This document shows, piece by piece, positions 32,393-43,391 of a stretch of 64,000 bases of DNA. The translations under genes and the position numbers were made by a program. The notes beneath the pieces are model-generated. The model saw only the letters and a list, made by a program, of their open reading frames with translations. It ran no database searches and was not told the DNA's origin. The stretch is from an uncultured Polaribacter sp. (GTDB lineage Bacteria; Bacteroidota; Bacteroidia; Flavobacteriales; Flavobacteriaceae), in the NCBI GenBank assembly GCA_937771065.1, contig CALJHU010000029.1, positions 3,529 through 67,528 on the forward strand, written 5' to 3'. The first letter of the stretch is position 1, and each line of letters starts with the position of its first letter.

Positions 32393-33526
32393 TTAAAACA
32401 GTTCTTTTATTTTTAGAATAGTACAGTCAATATCTTCCTTTTTAGTGAACTTAGAAAATGAAAAACGAATAGAAGTTTTATCTTCTTCACCATCTTTTAA
32501 AATTTCTGATAGTACATGAGAACCTTTATTACTTCCAGATTGGCAAGCACTACCACCAGAGACAGCTATTCCCGCCAAATCTAAACTAAATAGCAACATC
32601 TCATTTTGTGTTGGAAAACGAACGCTTAAAATAGTATAACTGCTCTTTTCTATATCGCCAGAATACCCATTAAATTGAAAATCTTTTGATATTTTTTTTA
32701 ATTCCGTAATAAAATAAGATTTTAAGTTTTCTATGTGTACTTTATCTTCTTCAAGAGTATTATGTGCTATTTCTAATGCTTTTTCCATTCCTAATATTGC
32801 GTGCACATTCTCTGTACTAGATCTTGCACCTTTTTCCTGACCACCGCCATGAAGCATAGGAACAATACCAAATCCTTTTCTGAAAAAGGCGAATCCCACA
32901 CCTTTTGGTCCGTGAAATTTATGAGCACTTGCAACCATAAAATCGATCATTGTCGTTTGCAAGTCTATTTTATAGTGTCCTATTACCTGTACAGTATCTG
33001 AATGAAATAGCGCATTGTTTAATTTACATACATTCGCAATTTCATGAACAGGTAAAAGGTTTCCAATTTCATTGTTAATCATCATTAAACTAACCAATGT
33101 TTTTACTTTAGATCCTTTTAAAAGCGCCTCTAAGTGCAGAGCATCTACAGTACCAAATGCATCTACATTCACATATTCTACAACGATATTTTCACTCGTC
33201 TGAAGAAAATCACACGCATGTAATACTGCATGATGCTCTATTTTTGAAGTAATAATTCTAGTAACATCTAAATTTAGAATCGCATTATACAAAATTAAAT
33301 TATCTGCCTCCGTGCCGCTAGATGTGAAAATAATTTCGGCTGCAGAAACATTAAAATGTTTTGCAATATTTTTTCTTGCAGTTTCTACAGAAGATTTTGC
33401 CTTTCTCCCAAATTGATGCGTAGATGAGGGATTTCCATAATTTTCTACCATAGCGGTTTGCATCACTTCTATAACTTCTGGATACATACTGGTTGTTGCT
33501 GCGTTGTCTAAGTAAATAGCATTCAT
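32393..33526 (-). CDS. Cysteine desulfurase (IscS/NifS family)
   Basis: YLDNAATT, GNPSS, SAHKFHGPKG, SGGSAC. Confidence 0.92.
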   Translation of the reverse strand: MNAIYLDNAATTSMYPEVIEVMQTAMVENYGNPSSTHQFGRKAKSSVETARKNIAKHFNVSAAEIIFTSSGTEADNLILYNAILNLDVTRIITSKIEHHAVLHACDFLQTSENIVVEYVNVDAFGTVDALHLEALLKGSKVKTLVSLMMINNEIGNLLPVHEIANVCKLNNALFHSDTVQVIGHYKIDLQTTMIDFMVASAHKFHGPKGVGFAFFRKGFGIVPMLHGGGQEKGARSSTENVHAILGMEKALEIAHNTLEEDKVHIENLKSYFITELKKISKDFQFNGYSGDIEKSSYTILSVRFPTQNEMLLFSLDLAGIAVSGGSACQSGSNKGSHVLSEILKDGEEDKTSIRFSFSKFTKKEDIDCTILKIKELF

Positions 33527-33546
33527 AGTATAAAAATACGTTTATT

Positions 33547-34104
33547 TTATGAGACTGTATTTTGAAAAACATATACTTCTGTGGCTCCTAAACCATATTT
33601 TTTATAGGAAGCATCATAATGCTTTACAGGGTATTTATTTAGCAGAGATTGTAATTCAGATTTTAAAACTCCTTCACCAACCCCGTGAATAAAAACAATT
33701 TTAGAAACCCGCTTCTGAATTGCAAATTCAACCTTTCTTTTAGCGGTATCTAATTGTAAGTTTAACATATCATAATTATCCATTCCTTTTAAAGATTTTG
33801 TAAGTTGATTAATGTGTAAATCAACTTCCATAATAACTTCTTTATTTTGCTTTTTAAAAAGATTTTTTTTAGGTTTTGATTGGTCTATCTTTTCTTTTAA
33901 GAAGTCATTATTTATATTTGAATACTTTGTTAACTCATGTTGTTCTGTTTCAATTACAACTAATTCTTTCTCTTTAAAATTAAAAATCATACCATCTAAA
34001 GTTATAATAGAAACAAAATCTTTTGAAATAGCCGTAACTTCGCCTTTTAAAACATCATCTAATACAGCTACTTTATCTCCAATTTCTATACCCTTTCTTA
34101 ACAT
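33547..34104 (-). CDS. Smr-domain protein
   Basis: EVDLHI, FIHGVGEGVLK, YGLGATEV. Confidence 0.88.
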   Translation of the reverse strand: MLRKGIEIGDKVAVLDDVLKGEVTAISKDFVSIITLDGMIFNFKEKELVVIETEQHELTKYSNINNDFLKEKIDQSKPKKNLFKKQNKEVIMEVDLHINQLTKSLKGMDNYDMLNLQLDTAKRKVEFAIQKRVSKIVFIHGVGEGVLKSELQSLLNKYPVKHYDASYKKYGLGATEVYVFQNTVS

Positions 34105-34158
34105 TATATTAATCCGATTTTAAATAAAAGTCATTAATTTTACAGCAAAAATAAGCAT

Positions 34159-34791
34159 ATGCCTAAAACTTCTATCATTTCTACCGAAAACTTCTTTACG
34201 CTCTCCTCAAAAAAAATAAAACTAGCCGAAGATAGAAAAAAAGTATTGCTTAAAATTTCTGAAAAAGTCACAAAAGAATACACTAAAAACAACGTTGTAA
34301 ATTTAAACTTTATTTGCACGCATAACTCTAGAAGAAGTCAATTAGGGCAAGTTTGGACGTTTTATGCAGCAAACTATTTCAATTTAAATATACATGCTTT
34401 TTCTGGCGGAACTGAAGTAACAGCTTTTTATAAAAATACAGTAAAAACATTACAATCTGTTGGCTTCGAGTTTGCGGTAGTAGATTTCTCTCATGAAAAC
34501 CCTAAATACTCAATTACTTTTAAGGAAAGTAAAAGTTCTATTCTTGGTTTTTCTAAAAGGTTTGATGATAAAACAAACAAAAGCCCATTTATAGCAATCA
34601 CAACTTGTAATAATGCTGATGAAAATTGTCCTTTTATACCAGTGGCTCTAGAACGATTTCATTTACCATTTGTAGATCCCAAATTTTCTGACGAAACACC
34701 CGAAGAGGAATTGGCCTACTTAAAAACAAATGAACAAATTGCGGCAGAAGTCTTTTTTATTTTTAATGAAATTAAAAAAAAACTAAATTAA
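34159..34791 (+). CDS. LMW protein-tyrosine-phosphatase / ArsC-like protein
   Basis: CTHNSRRS (Cx5R), SGGTE, TC..ADENCP, DPK. Confidence 0.8.
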   Translation: MPKTSIISTENFFTLSSKKIKLAEDRKKVLLKISEKVTKEYTKNNVVNLNFICTHNSRRSQLGQVWTFYAANYFNLNIHAFSGGTEVTAFYKNTVKTLQSVGFEFAVVDFSHENPKYSITFKESKSSILGFSKRFDDKTNKSPFIAITTCNNADENCPFIPVALERFHLPFVDPKFSDETPEEELAYLKTNEQIAAEVFFIFNEIKKKLN

Positions 34792-35573
34792 ATTTCTAAA
34801 TCTTTGTCATAAGGAATGCTATTTAAAACGTGATTAATTACGTTTACTCGAGCTTCTGTTTTTCTGTTTGCTCTAATCACCTTCCAAGGAGAAATCTTAG
34901 TATTGGTCTTCTGAAACATTGCATTTTTATATTCTGTATACTGTTCCCACAAAATTTGCGCTTTTTCATCTAGCTTAGTCATTTTCCATTGCTTTAACGG
35001 ATTGCTTTTTATATCTGCAAAACGTTTGGCTTGTTCTTTTTTAGAAATCGACATATAAATTTTAACTAAATGAATTCCAGATTCTAAAATCATCTTTTCA
35101 AAATCATTTACTTGATTCATGAAAACTTCATATTCTTCTGCAGTACAAAAACCGTTCACCGGCTCTACAACAGCTCTATTATACCAACTTCTATCAAAAA
35201 AAACAATCTCACCTGCTTTTGGAAACTGAGCTACATATCTTTGGAAATACCACTGTGTTTGCTGATCCTCTGTTGGTTTACTTAAAGCCACAATCCTCAT
35301 ATGACGCGGATTAATACGCTCTGTTAACCTTCTAATTGCACCACCTTTACCAGCAGCATCTCTTCCTTCAAAAACAATAATTACACGCTCGTTATTATTA
35401 ATTGCCCAAGTTTGTAAACGTATAAGTTCTACTTGAAGCTTTTTTAATTTTTTCCCATAATCTACATATCTTAAGCTCCTTTCAATACTCAAAGGGTCTT
35501 TAGATAAAAGTGCTAAAAGACCTTTCTTAGTGTTTAACTTACGTAGTTCTTGATCCGTTAATTTTAATTCCAT
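34788..35573 (-). CDS. ppk2: Polyphosphate kinase 2
   Basis: EGRDAAGKGG, WYFQRY, FDRSWYNR, PLKQWK. Confidence 0.93.
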   Translation of the reverse strand: MELKLTDQELRKLNTKKGLLALLSKDPLSIERSLRYVDYGKKLKKLQVELIRLQTWAINNNERVIIVFEGRDAAGKGGAIRRLTERINPRHMRIVALSKPTEDQQTQWYFQRYVAQFPKAGEIVFFDRSWYNRAVVEPVNGFCTAEEYEVFMNQVNDFEKMILESGIHLVKIYMSISKKEQAKRFADIKSNPLKQWKMTKLDEKAQILWEQYTEYKNAMFQKTNTKISPWKVIRANRKTEARVNVINHVLNSIPYDKDLEI

Positions 35574-35577
35574 ACCA

Positions 35578-36435
35578 TTAATCTATATTACTATTAGACC
35601 TAAAATAACGCATAACAACGTTAGGGTCTGGTGTTAATGTAATTTTAGTTTCTTCCTTACCATCATAATCAAATTGAGAGATCACATGCCTTATAGACTC
35701 TAATCTCGCAACTTGTTTGTCGTTACTTTTTATAATCATCCAAGGACTGTATGAAGTGTGTGTTTTAGAAAACATTTCTGATTTATAATGCGTATACTTA
35801 TCCCATAGTGTTTGTCCTTGTTTATCTACTGGGCTAAATTTCCAACGCTTTAAAGGATTTTCTTTTCTTTCTTCAAACCTTGTTAATTGTTCGTCCTTAG
35901 ATATTGACAACCAAAATTTAATAATTATAACACCATCTTCGTACATCATGTGTTCAAACTCTGGCACTTGCACTAAAAATTCTTTGTATTGTTTTTGTGT
36001 ACAAAACCCCATAACAGGCTCTACCACAGATCTATTATACCAACTTCTATCAAAAAAAACAATTTCACCTGGGTTTGGAAGCTCTTTTATATAACGTTGA
36101 AAATACCATTGTCCTTTTTCTACTTCGGTTGGCTTGTTTAAGGCCACTAGCTTGCTAGAACGCGGATTTAAGTGCTCCATAAACCTACGGATATTACCCC
36201 CTTTTCCTGCAGCATCTCTACCTTCAAAAATAATAGCAACACGCTTATTTTTCTTAGAAACCCAACGTTGTAATTTCACCAATTCTATCTGCAACAGACG
36301 AAGTTCTTCTGTATATAAAAGTGTTTTCTGCACCTTTTTATACAAACCGCTTTTTTGTTTAATTAACTCCAATAAATCCTCAGTACTCTCTAAGTTATCA
36401 AAATCTTCTGCGGTAAATTTTTTATCTGTACTCAT
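35578..36435 (-). CDS. ppk2: Polyphosphate kinase 2
   Basis: EGRDAAGKGG, FDRSWYNR, PLKRWKFSPVD; ATG 36435 preferred over the longer ORF start. Confidence 0.93.
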   Translation of the reverse strand: MSTDKKFTAEDFDNLESTEDLLELIKQKSGLYKKVQKTLLYTEELRLLQIELVKLQRWVSKKNKRVAIIFEGRDAAGKGGNIRRFMEHLNPRSSKLVALNKPTEVEKGQWYFQRYIKELPNPGEIVFFDRSWYNRSVVEPVMGFCTQKQYKEFLVQVPEFEHMMYEDGVIIIKFWLSISKDEQLTRFEERKENPLKRWKFSPVDKQGQTLWDKYTHYKSEMFSKTHTSYSPWMIIKSNDKQVARLESIRHVISQFDYDGKEETKITLTPDPNVVMRYFRSNSNID

Positions 36436-36619
36436 GTATTTTTTTTCGAATCTTAAAAATATTACTTTTTTCTCTAACTTAATAAAGAAAACATATATTT
36501 TAAGTGGGTTATTTTTTAGTTGTATTAATTGAAATGACAAGTTTTTATAAAAAAGCAGTAGCATTTTCCCATTAAATATTAAGCGAAATTTTGATATACT
36601 TCTCTCTGATTTACAGTAA

Positions 36620-38044
36620 CTATTCAGTAAAAAAATCATCTTTAAAACCAATTAAATACAACTTTTCTTGTGCTCTTGTAATTGCTGTATATAACCATCT
36701 AAAATACTCTTTAGAAACACCGTCTGGCAAATAAGGCTGTTCTATAAAAACCGTTTTCCATTGCCCTCCTTGAGATTTATGACAGGTCATTGCATATGAA
36801 AACTTTACTTGCAAAGAATTAAAATATACATTCTTTTTAATAGCCATAAATTGTTTATACTTAGACTTTTCGTGCGCATAATCTTCTTTAACTGCTTGGT
36901 ATAATTTATTAGATTCTTCATAGGTTAAAGAAGGACTCTCGCTAGTTAATGTATCTAATAGCAATACTGTTTCAAAAGGATGCATTTCAGGATAATCTAT
37001 CATTCTAATTTCTACCTCCGCAAATTTAAAACCATACAACTCCTTAATCGAAAAAATCTTTAAAACCTCACAAATATCTCCATTTGCAATAAATCCAGCT
37101 GTAGAAGATTCTGGCAACCAAAAATAATTGTTTTTAACAATCATGATATAGTCTCCCGCAGAAATTTCGTTCTCCTGACCCCTAATATTATATCTTATTT
37201 GCTGATTATATTCGTTTGCTCTTTTATTAGAGCGCACAATAAAGGCCGTATCTTCTACACCATCACTTTCGTATGCTGATACAATTGCATCTTCAATATC
37301 ATAACCATCCTCTAATCTCTCAATATCTGCAAAATCAACATCAAACTGAAATTTTTCATCTTCATTTTTTAATAACAATCTTAAAGCAGTTGCATTTGCT
37401 AAAATTCCAGAGTCTTCGTGTTGCCGCATTACCTCATCTAACTCAATTTCTGTTACTTCCTTATGGTAATCATATGTTAATGTATCTTGTTCTAAAGCAG
37501 GAGAAACACTAAGTTTAACTGGAGGCAATTGAGCAGTGTCTCCAATAAAAATAAGCTTACAATTTACTCCTGAATATACATAAGAAATCAAATCATCTAA
37601 CAAGGAGCTAGAATCAAATAATTGCTGATTCTGTCTCCCATCTGGAATCATAGAAGCTTCATCAACTATAAACACAGTATTTGTGTGTTTATTAGGTTGT
37701 AAAACAAAAGCAACCGAGCCATTTGATTGTTTTTTAGGGAAATAAATTTTTTTATGAATTGTAAATGCCGGTTTTTTAGAGTATAATGAAATTACTTTTG
37801 CTGCCCTTCCAGTAGGTGCTAATAAAACAGATTTCTTACCAGCAGTCCATAAAGAATTTACAAACGTACCAATGGTGGTTGTTTTCCCTGTTCCGGCGTA
37901 TCCCTTCAGAAGAAATAAAGCATTTTTATTTTCGTTAAAAATAAAATCACTTAATAGTGTTAACAACTTACGCTGCTTAATTGTTGGCTCATGCGGGAAT
38001 TTTTCCAACAATTTTTTGTTAAAATCTGCAGCTATTTCTATCAT
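36620..38044 (-). CDS. SF1B RecD-like / Dda-like DNA helicase
   Basis: GYAGTGKT, APTGRAA, VDEASM, GDTAQLPPV, YAMTCHKSQG, LYTAITRA. Confidence 0.88.
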   Translation of the reverse strand: MIEIAADFNKKLLEKFPHEPTIKQRKLLTLLSDFIFNENKNALFLLKGYAGTGKTTTIGTFVNSLWTAGKKSVLLAPTGRAAKVISLYSKKPAFTIHKKIYFPKKQSNGSVAFVLQPNKHTNTVFIVDEASMIPDGRQNQQLFDSSSLLDDLISYVYSGVNCKLIFIGDTAQLPPVKLSVSPALEQDTLTYDYHKEVTEIELDEVMRQHEDSGILANATALRLLLKNEDEKFQFDVDFADIERLEDGYDIEDAIVSAYESDGVEDTAFIVRSNKRANEYNQQIRYNIRGQENEISAGDYIMIVKNNYFWLPESSTAGFIANGDICEVLKIFSIKELYGFKFAEVEIRMIDYPEMHPFETVLLLDTLTSESPSLTYEESNKLYQAVKEDYAHEKSKYKQFMAIKKNVYFNSLQVKFSYAMTCHKSQGGQWKTVFIEQPYLPDGVSKEYFRWLYTAITRAQEKLYLIGFKDDFFTE

Positions 38045-38147
38045 ATATTAATTAAAGTATCAAAGATACGTTGAATTGTAAATAAAAGTTTTTATCAATG
38101 AAAAAAAATTGTAGATTTGCGAAAGCACTATTAAAAAAAAACTAAAA

Positions 38148-38880
38148 ATGGGATTATTAGGAATGATTTTAGCTGCAGTTTTAGCCGCAGTATTTATAGC
38201 TATAGTTATAGTTAGATATTTACCTTTAAAATTAAGATGGATACCATCTATTCTATTGTTATTGCTAGCAATATTTTTAAGTTTTAAAATTTACAATGGT
38301 ATTATGGAGCCTATTAACTTTAATCAAAATAAGGTTAAAAGGTATTCTAAAGTTGTAGAGAATCTAAAAATAATTAGAGATGCTGAAGTAAAATTTTATG
38401 AAGCAAATGGAAACTACACGCAAGATAAAGCACTCTTAATTAAGTTCATAGATTCGGCACAATTAGCATTAACCGTTACTAAAACGATTGTAGAAAACAG
38501 TTAATAGAGGTGGTGGAATTACGGATGAAATAGAAATAAGAGTAACAGATACGATTGGTTATGAACCCGTTTTAAAATACTTTAAAGGCAAGGATTATCC
38601 AAACATGTTTTCAGTTCCTAGTTTAGAAGGAGTAGAATATGATCTTGAAATAGGTACTGTAGAAAAAGTACAAGGCTTACTTGTACCAACTTTTATAGCC
38701 AAAACTCCGAAAAAAGCTCTTTTAGAAGGTATGAACGCTTCTTTAGTAAAACAGGAGTTAGAAGTTATGGATTCAGATCAAATTAAAGGAGAAAATATTT
38801 CTGTAGGTTCTTTAGACGAAGTTACTACTGCCGGAAACTGGCCTCCTTCTTATGACAAGAAAAGTGATAAAAAAGAATAG
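38148..38880 (+). CDS. Conserved hypothetical membrane-anchored protein with one frameshift near 38496
   Basis: Removing one A from 'gaa a aca gtt aat' joins ORF 38148-38504 to ETVNRGGGITDEIEIRVTDTIGY...MFSVP...GSLDEVTTAGNWP. Confidence 0.75.
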
Positions 38881-39688
38881 TAACATCAAAACTTTGAAAA
38901 CGATAATAGAAAATAAGTTATCCATCCAATTTAATTTGGATGGATTTTCTTTTTCCATTTATAATATAATCTCCAAAAAGGAGGTGTACTTCCGTGAATA
39001 TGAATTTGAAAACTCACAAGTAACACCTGAGAATTTATTATTAAAAATTAAAGATATTTTCGAAACAGATACGCAACTGCAAAATGATTTTTCATCGGTT
39101 CTTGTAATTCATCAAAATAACCTTTCTGTAGTTGTCCCTAATCGTTATTTTAATGAAAAAGAGTTGAACTCTTATCTAAATTTTAATGTAAAAAAACTAA
39201 CTATAGATTACGTAGCTTTTGATCATTTAAAAGTACTAGAATCTAAAAATATCTATATTCCTTATATAAATATAAATAATTATTTATTTCAAAATTTTGG
39301 TGAATTTGAATACAAACACCATAGCACTGTCTTAATTGAAAAATTATTAACTATTACAAATAATATAAAAAAGACAATGTATGTGAATGTTTCAAAGACT
39401 TCATTAGATATTGTAGTTATAAAAAACAACCAACTAATTCTTTTCAATACTTTTTCCTATAATACTAAAGAAGATTTTATTTATTATATTTTGTTTGTAG
39501 CAGAACAGTTAAACTTAAACGTAAACGAATTCTCATTGCATTTTACGGGTAAAGTAAATTTGGAGGACGCTATTTATAAAACAACTTACAAGTACATTAA
39601 AAATGTTTATTTCCTAGAAAGCAATACCCCCCTATTTAACGAACTAAATATTGCTTCACATTCTAACTTTATATTATTAGGCTCATGA
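38852..39688 (+). CDS. DUF3822-like protein
   Basis: LSIQFNLDGFSF, EDFIYYILFVAEQL; usual neighbour of rsmD in Bacteroidota. Confidence 0.75.
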   Translation: MTRKVIKKNSNIKTLKTIIENKLSIQFNLDGFSFSIYNIISKKEVYFREYEFENSQVTPENLLLKIKDIFETDTQLQNDFSSVLVIHQNNLSVVVPNRYFNEKELNSYLNFNVKKLTIDYVAFDHLKVLESKNIYIPYININNYLFQNFGEFEYKHHSTVLIEKLLTITNNIKKTMYVNVSKTSLDIVVIKNNQLILFNTFSYNTKEDFIYYILFVAEQLNLNVNEFSLHFTGKVNLEDAIYKTTYKYIKNVYFLESNTPLFNELNIASHSNFILLGS

Positions 39689-40237
39689 GGATTATTTCTG
39701 GAAAATTAAAATCAAGACGTTTATCTGCGCCTAAAAATTTACCTGTTAGACCAACAACAGATATGGCAAAAGAATCTTTGTTTAATATCTTAAACAACAC
39801 GTATTATTTTGATGCTATTTCTGTAATTGATTTATTTTCTGGCACAGGAAATATTAGTTATGAATTTGCCTCTAGAGGTACAAAAAAAAATCTATTCAGT
39901 AGATGCGCACGCTGGTTGTATAAGATACATAAATACCACTGCAAAAGAACTAGATTTAGACATAAGTACGTTTAAAAGTGATGTCTATAAATTTCTTGAA
40001 AAAACACCATTAAAAGCAGATGTTATTTTTGCAGATCCACCTTATGACTTTGAGGAGGAACAATTTTTAAAGATTGTAAATTTAGTTTTCGATAGAAAAA
40101 TTTTAAATGAAGATGGTGTTTTAATAGTAGAGCACTCTAAACACACCGATCTAACAACTCATGAAAAACATATCTATGATAAACGTTATGGAGGAAATGT
40201 TTTTAGCTTCTTTGAAAATACTTCTGAGGAAAAATAG
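39685..40237 (+). CDS. rsmD: 16S rRNA m2G966 methyltransferase; frameshift in the A9 run 39882-39890
   Basis: MRIISG, RPTTD, DLFSGTG in the first frame; FADPPY and VEH in the second frame. Confidence 0.9.
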
Positions 40238-40244
40238 GTACCCT

Positions 40245-41198
40245 TTACAGTAAAGAATTGATAATATCGGTAATAGAAACTCCTTCTGCTTCTGCTTTAT
40301 AATTTTTCACAATCCTATGCGATAAAATAGGAATTGCCACCGCTTTTACATCTTCTATATCTGGTGAATACTTACCATTTACTGCTGCATGTGCTTTAGC
40401 TCCTAAAATTAGATTCTGAGAAGCTCTTGGTCCTGCCCCCCAGTCTAGGTAATCTTTTACTATTTGTGTTGCTTTATAAGACCCTGGTCTTGTTTTTGCA
40501 ACAATACCTACTGCATATTCTATAACATTATCTGCAACGGGTATTTTTCTAATTAATTTCTGAATTTCTACAATCTCTTCACCTGAAAACACAGGGTTTA
40601 CAGCTTGTTTTATATTAGAAGTTGTGCTTTTTACGACTTGCACTTCCTCTTCAAAAGTTGGGTATTCTAAATTAATGGAAAACATAAAACGATCTAATTG
40701 TGCTTCTGGCAAAGGATAAGTTCCCTCTTGCTCAATTGGATTCTGGGTTGCTAACACAAAAAATGGTAGCTCTAATTTATAATGATTTCCTGAGATAGTT
40801 ACAGAACGCTCCTGCATTGCCTCTAGCAAGGCTGCTTGCGTTTTTGGTGGAGTTCTATTTATTTCATCCGCTAAAATAATGTTGGAAAAAATAGGACCTT
40901 TTATAAATTTAAACTTCCTATTTTCGTCTAAAATCTCACTACCCAAGATATCTGACGGCATTAAATCTGGTGTAAACTGAATTCTTTTAAAGTTTAAACC
41001 TAATGCCTCTGAAACGGTATTTACTAATAATGTTTTTGCCAAACCAGGCACCCCTATTAATAAGGAATGACCTCCACAGATAACAGATAGTAAAGTAAAG
41101 TTTACGGCTTGTTTCTGACCAACAATTACTTTTTCTATTTCTACTTTTAATAATTCGAATTTGGCAACTAAATTAATTACCGCTTTAACGTCTGACAT
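40245..41198 (-). CDS. MoxR-family AAA+ ATPase
   Basis: GVPGLAKT, RIQFTPDLMPSD, DEINRTPPKTQAALLEAMQE, PLPEAQLDRF. Confidence 0.93.
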   Translation of the reverse strand: MSDVKAVINLVAKFELLKVEIEKVIVGQKQAVNFTLLSVICGGHSLLIGVPGLAKTLLVNTVSEALGLNFKRIQFTPDLMPSDILGSEILDENRKFKFIKGPIFSNIILADEINRTPPKTQAALLEAMQERSVTISGNHYKLELPFFVLATQNPIEQEGTYPLPEAQLDRFMFSINLEYPTFEEEVQVVKSTTSNIKQAVNPVFSGEEIVEIQKLIRKIPVADNVIEYAVGIVAKTRPGSYKATQIVKDYLDWGAGPRASQNLILGAKAHAAVNGKYSPDIEDVKAVAIPILSHRIVKNYKAEAEGVSITDIINSLL

Positions 41199-42580
41199 TA
41201 CCTGCTTGTTACTTTTTTCCAGTTTTTTTGAAAAGAACACTTTTTGTAATCTTCTCCTAACTTAATGTAAGTATCTTTAATTTTATCTTTAGACCACTTT
41301 TCTATAATTTCTTCTTTTTTCTTTCTCAAAGCAAGGTCTTGAACTTTTACATAATCCTCCACCAAATCTGCTATATGCGTATCTGTTCTCTCTTTCATTA
41401 AAATAAACTTATACATTTTTTCCCCACTTCTAGTTTGATCATAAAAAACATTTGTAAAGCCTCCTTCATTTAAATCATTTACTCTAGCATACATTGCAGG
41501 ATCCATTCTTGTTAAATCAAATTTAGTTTCTCCTGTGTAGCTGTTGATGATAACTCCACCGTTATTCTTAGAGTCCTTATCATCTGAATATTTCTTTACA
41601 GCCTCTTCAAAAGTAATTTTACCTTCCTCAATATCCCTTTTAATTTCTTCTACCTTCAATTGCGTTTCTTTTAACCTAGCTTCCGGTATTTCTGGTTGCA
41701 ATAAGATGTGAGAAACTATTCTAGTATTTCCATTAACCTCATGTAATTGAATAATATGATAACCAAAAAGTGTTTTAAAAGGTTTAGAAATTTCATCTTT
41801 CTCTAAAGAGAAAGAAACTTCTTTAAATTCTTTAATAAAACCAGACTCTTTAGTTACTTCCATTCTACCTCCATTTTGAGTAACACTTGGATCTTTAGAA
41901 TTAATAATAGCTTTCATTCTAAAACTTGAACCATCTAAAACGGCTTGTCTAATTTCATTTAACTCTTTAACAACTCTATTATTTTCCTCTAAAGTAGGTG
42001 CAGAATTCATTACAATTTGAGCAATTTCTATTTCTGCAGTAAACTCTGGTAACTCTCCTTTATCTTTTAAACCATTATAGTATAAACGAACTTCTTCTGG
42101 CGTAACATCGACCTTTTCAGTAATTTTTAATTGTTCTTTTGATACTAAAATATTGTCTTTTTGAACATTGTATAGTTCTCCTTTTAAATCATCTAAATCA
42201 TTAAAACCATAAGCAGCAATAACTTTGTCTAAAGAACCATATTCTTGCGTGAAAAACTGAATACTTTGATCAACTTTACTATTAACCTCTGCATCTAAAA
42301 CGGTTACACTGTCTATAATTGCATGATGAGAAAGCAGTTTCTGTTGCATTAACTCCTCCAACATTTCACAATCTGTAATGGTGATTTTCCCTTCACTTCT
42401 AAGTTCTATCTCCTGCTTAAACTTGGCAATATCTGAATCTAAAACGATGTTCTTACCAATAACGACTGCTACCCCATCAATTTTTATCTTTTGAGCATTA
42501 AGTTGACATGTTGTTGCTATGAAAAACATAACAATACAAAGTAATTTAGTAAATTTTAAAATTATTGTTTTTTGTGGCAT
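41198..42580 (-). CDS. SurA-like parvulin peptidyl-prolyl isomerase
   Basis: Signal peptide, IDGVAVVIG, SKPFKTLFGYHII, SHILL. Confidence 0.85.
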   Translation of the reverse strand: MPQKTIILKFTKLLCIVMFFIATTCQLNAQKIKIDGVAVVIGKNIVLDSDIAKFKQEIELRSEGKITITDCEMLEELMQQKLLSHHAIIDSVTVLDAEVNSKVDQSIQFFTQEYGSLDKVIAAYGFNDLDDLKGELYNVQKDNILVSKEQLKITEKVDVTPEEVRLYYNGLKDKGELPEFTAEIEIAQIVMNSAPTLEENNRVVKELNEIRQAVLDGSSFRMKAIINSKDPSVTQNGGRMEVTKESGFIKEFKEVSFSLEKDEISKPFKTLFGYHIIQLHEVNGNTRIVSHILLQPEIPEARLKETQLKVEEIKRDIEEGKITFEEAVKKYSDDKDSKNNGGVIINSYTGETKFDLTRMDPAMYARVNDLNEGGFTNVFYDQTRSGEKMYKFILMKERTDTHIADLVEDYVKVQDLALRKKKEEIIEKWSKDKIKDTYIKLGEDYKKCSFQKNWKKVTSR

Positions 42581-43391
42581 CTTTTACTATTATTTTTTCG
42601 ATATCTCTTATTAATTCGATTTTACGCTTGTGTAAAATCATTTCCTTTATTGTTGGTTTAATATAGCTTAATGGTGCTATATCATTTCTTCGTAAAACGT
42701 CTTTTATAGCCACCAAATATAAACCTAATGAATCTTGTTTTTGAATGAATTTTGATTTTTTTAATAGATTTTCCTTAGAAAAAGGAAGTTTTAACAAAAT
42801 CTTATCCAATTCTGTCCAAATAGAATCATTCAATTGATACATTTTAAAACTTAATTGCTGTCTTTCCAATTCTTCTGCATCCTCAATTTCTTCAGATTTA
42901 AAAAACTTTACGATTTCCTTTTTGTTAATTATTGAAGCATCAAAATACAAATATCTAGATTTTACTAAAACCTCATTTAATTTAAAATTCTCGTTGTTTA
43001 TTAAATAATAGGCCTCTACTTCATCATCAGAAATAATAGTATCTAATTGCTGTTTTATTAAGGCTTCTTTGAAATTATTTATAAGGAGACTCTCTTTGTA
43101 ATCTTGAACAAGGTTATTAATATTTTTTAAAGATTCTTGCGTATTATTATTTGCTGCTGCATCTAGCAATAGTTTTTTTACGGCCCAATCTTGAATAAAA
43201 CTTTTAACCAATATTAAACTATCTTCTCTTGAAATATTTCTAGGTAAGAAATCTTTTAAATCCTCTTTAAATAATTTATCTGTATTAACAATTGCTATAA
43301 TTTCTGACGTGGGCGCATGCTTCTCCTGCAACTTAATATAGTCACAAGAAGCAAATGTAAAAATGCAAAAAAGTATGCTTAAAAATCTCAT
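42546..43391 (-). CDS. Lipoprotein, SurA/PPIase-like chaperone
   Basis: Lipobox FASC, SurA-N-like helices, located within the foldase operon. Confidence 0.65.
   Translation of the reverse strand: MRFLSILFCIFTFASCDYIKLQEKHAPTSEIIAIVNTDKLFKEDLKDFLPRNISREDSLILVKSFIQDWAVKKLLLDAAANNNTQESLKNINNLVQDYKESLLINNFKEALIKQQLDTIISDDEVEAYYLINNENFKLNEVLVKSRYLYFDASIINKKEIVKFFKSEEIEDAEELERQQLSFKMYQLNDSIWTELDKILLKLPFSKENLLKKSKFIQKQDSLGLYLVAIKDVLRRNDIAPLSYIKPTIKEMILHKRKIELIRDIEKIIVKDATKNNNFKIY

Noticed and set aside
36436-36651. Long N-terminal extension of ppk2 in the ORF track (similar cases for pyrG, MoxR, rhomboid, Stealth B)
   Set aside because: Low-complexity intergenic read-through overlapping neighbours; downstream ATGs fit the family starts
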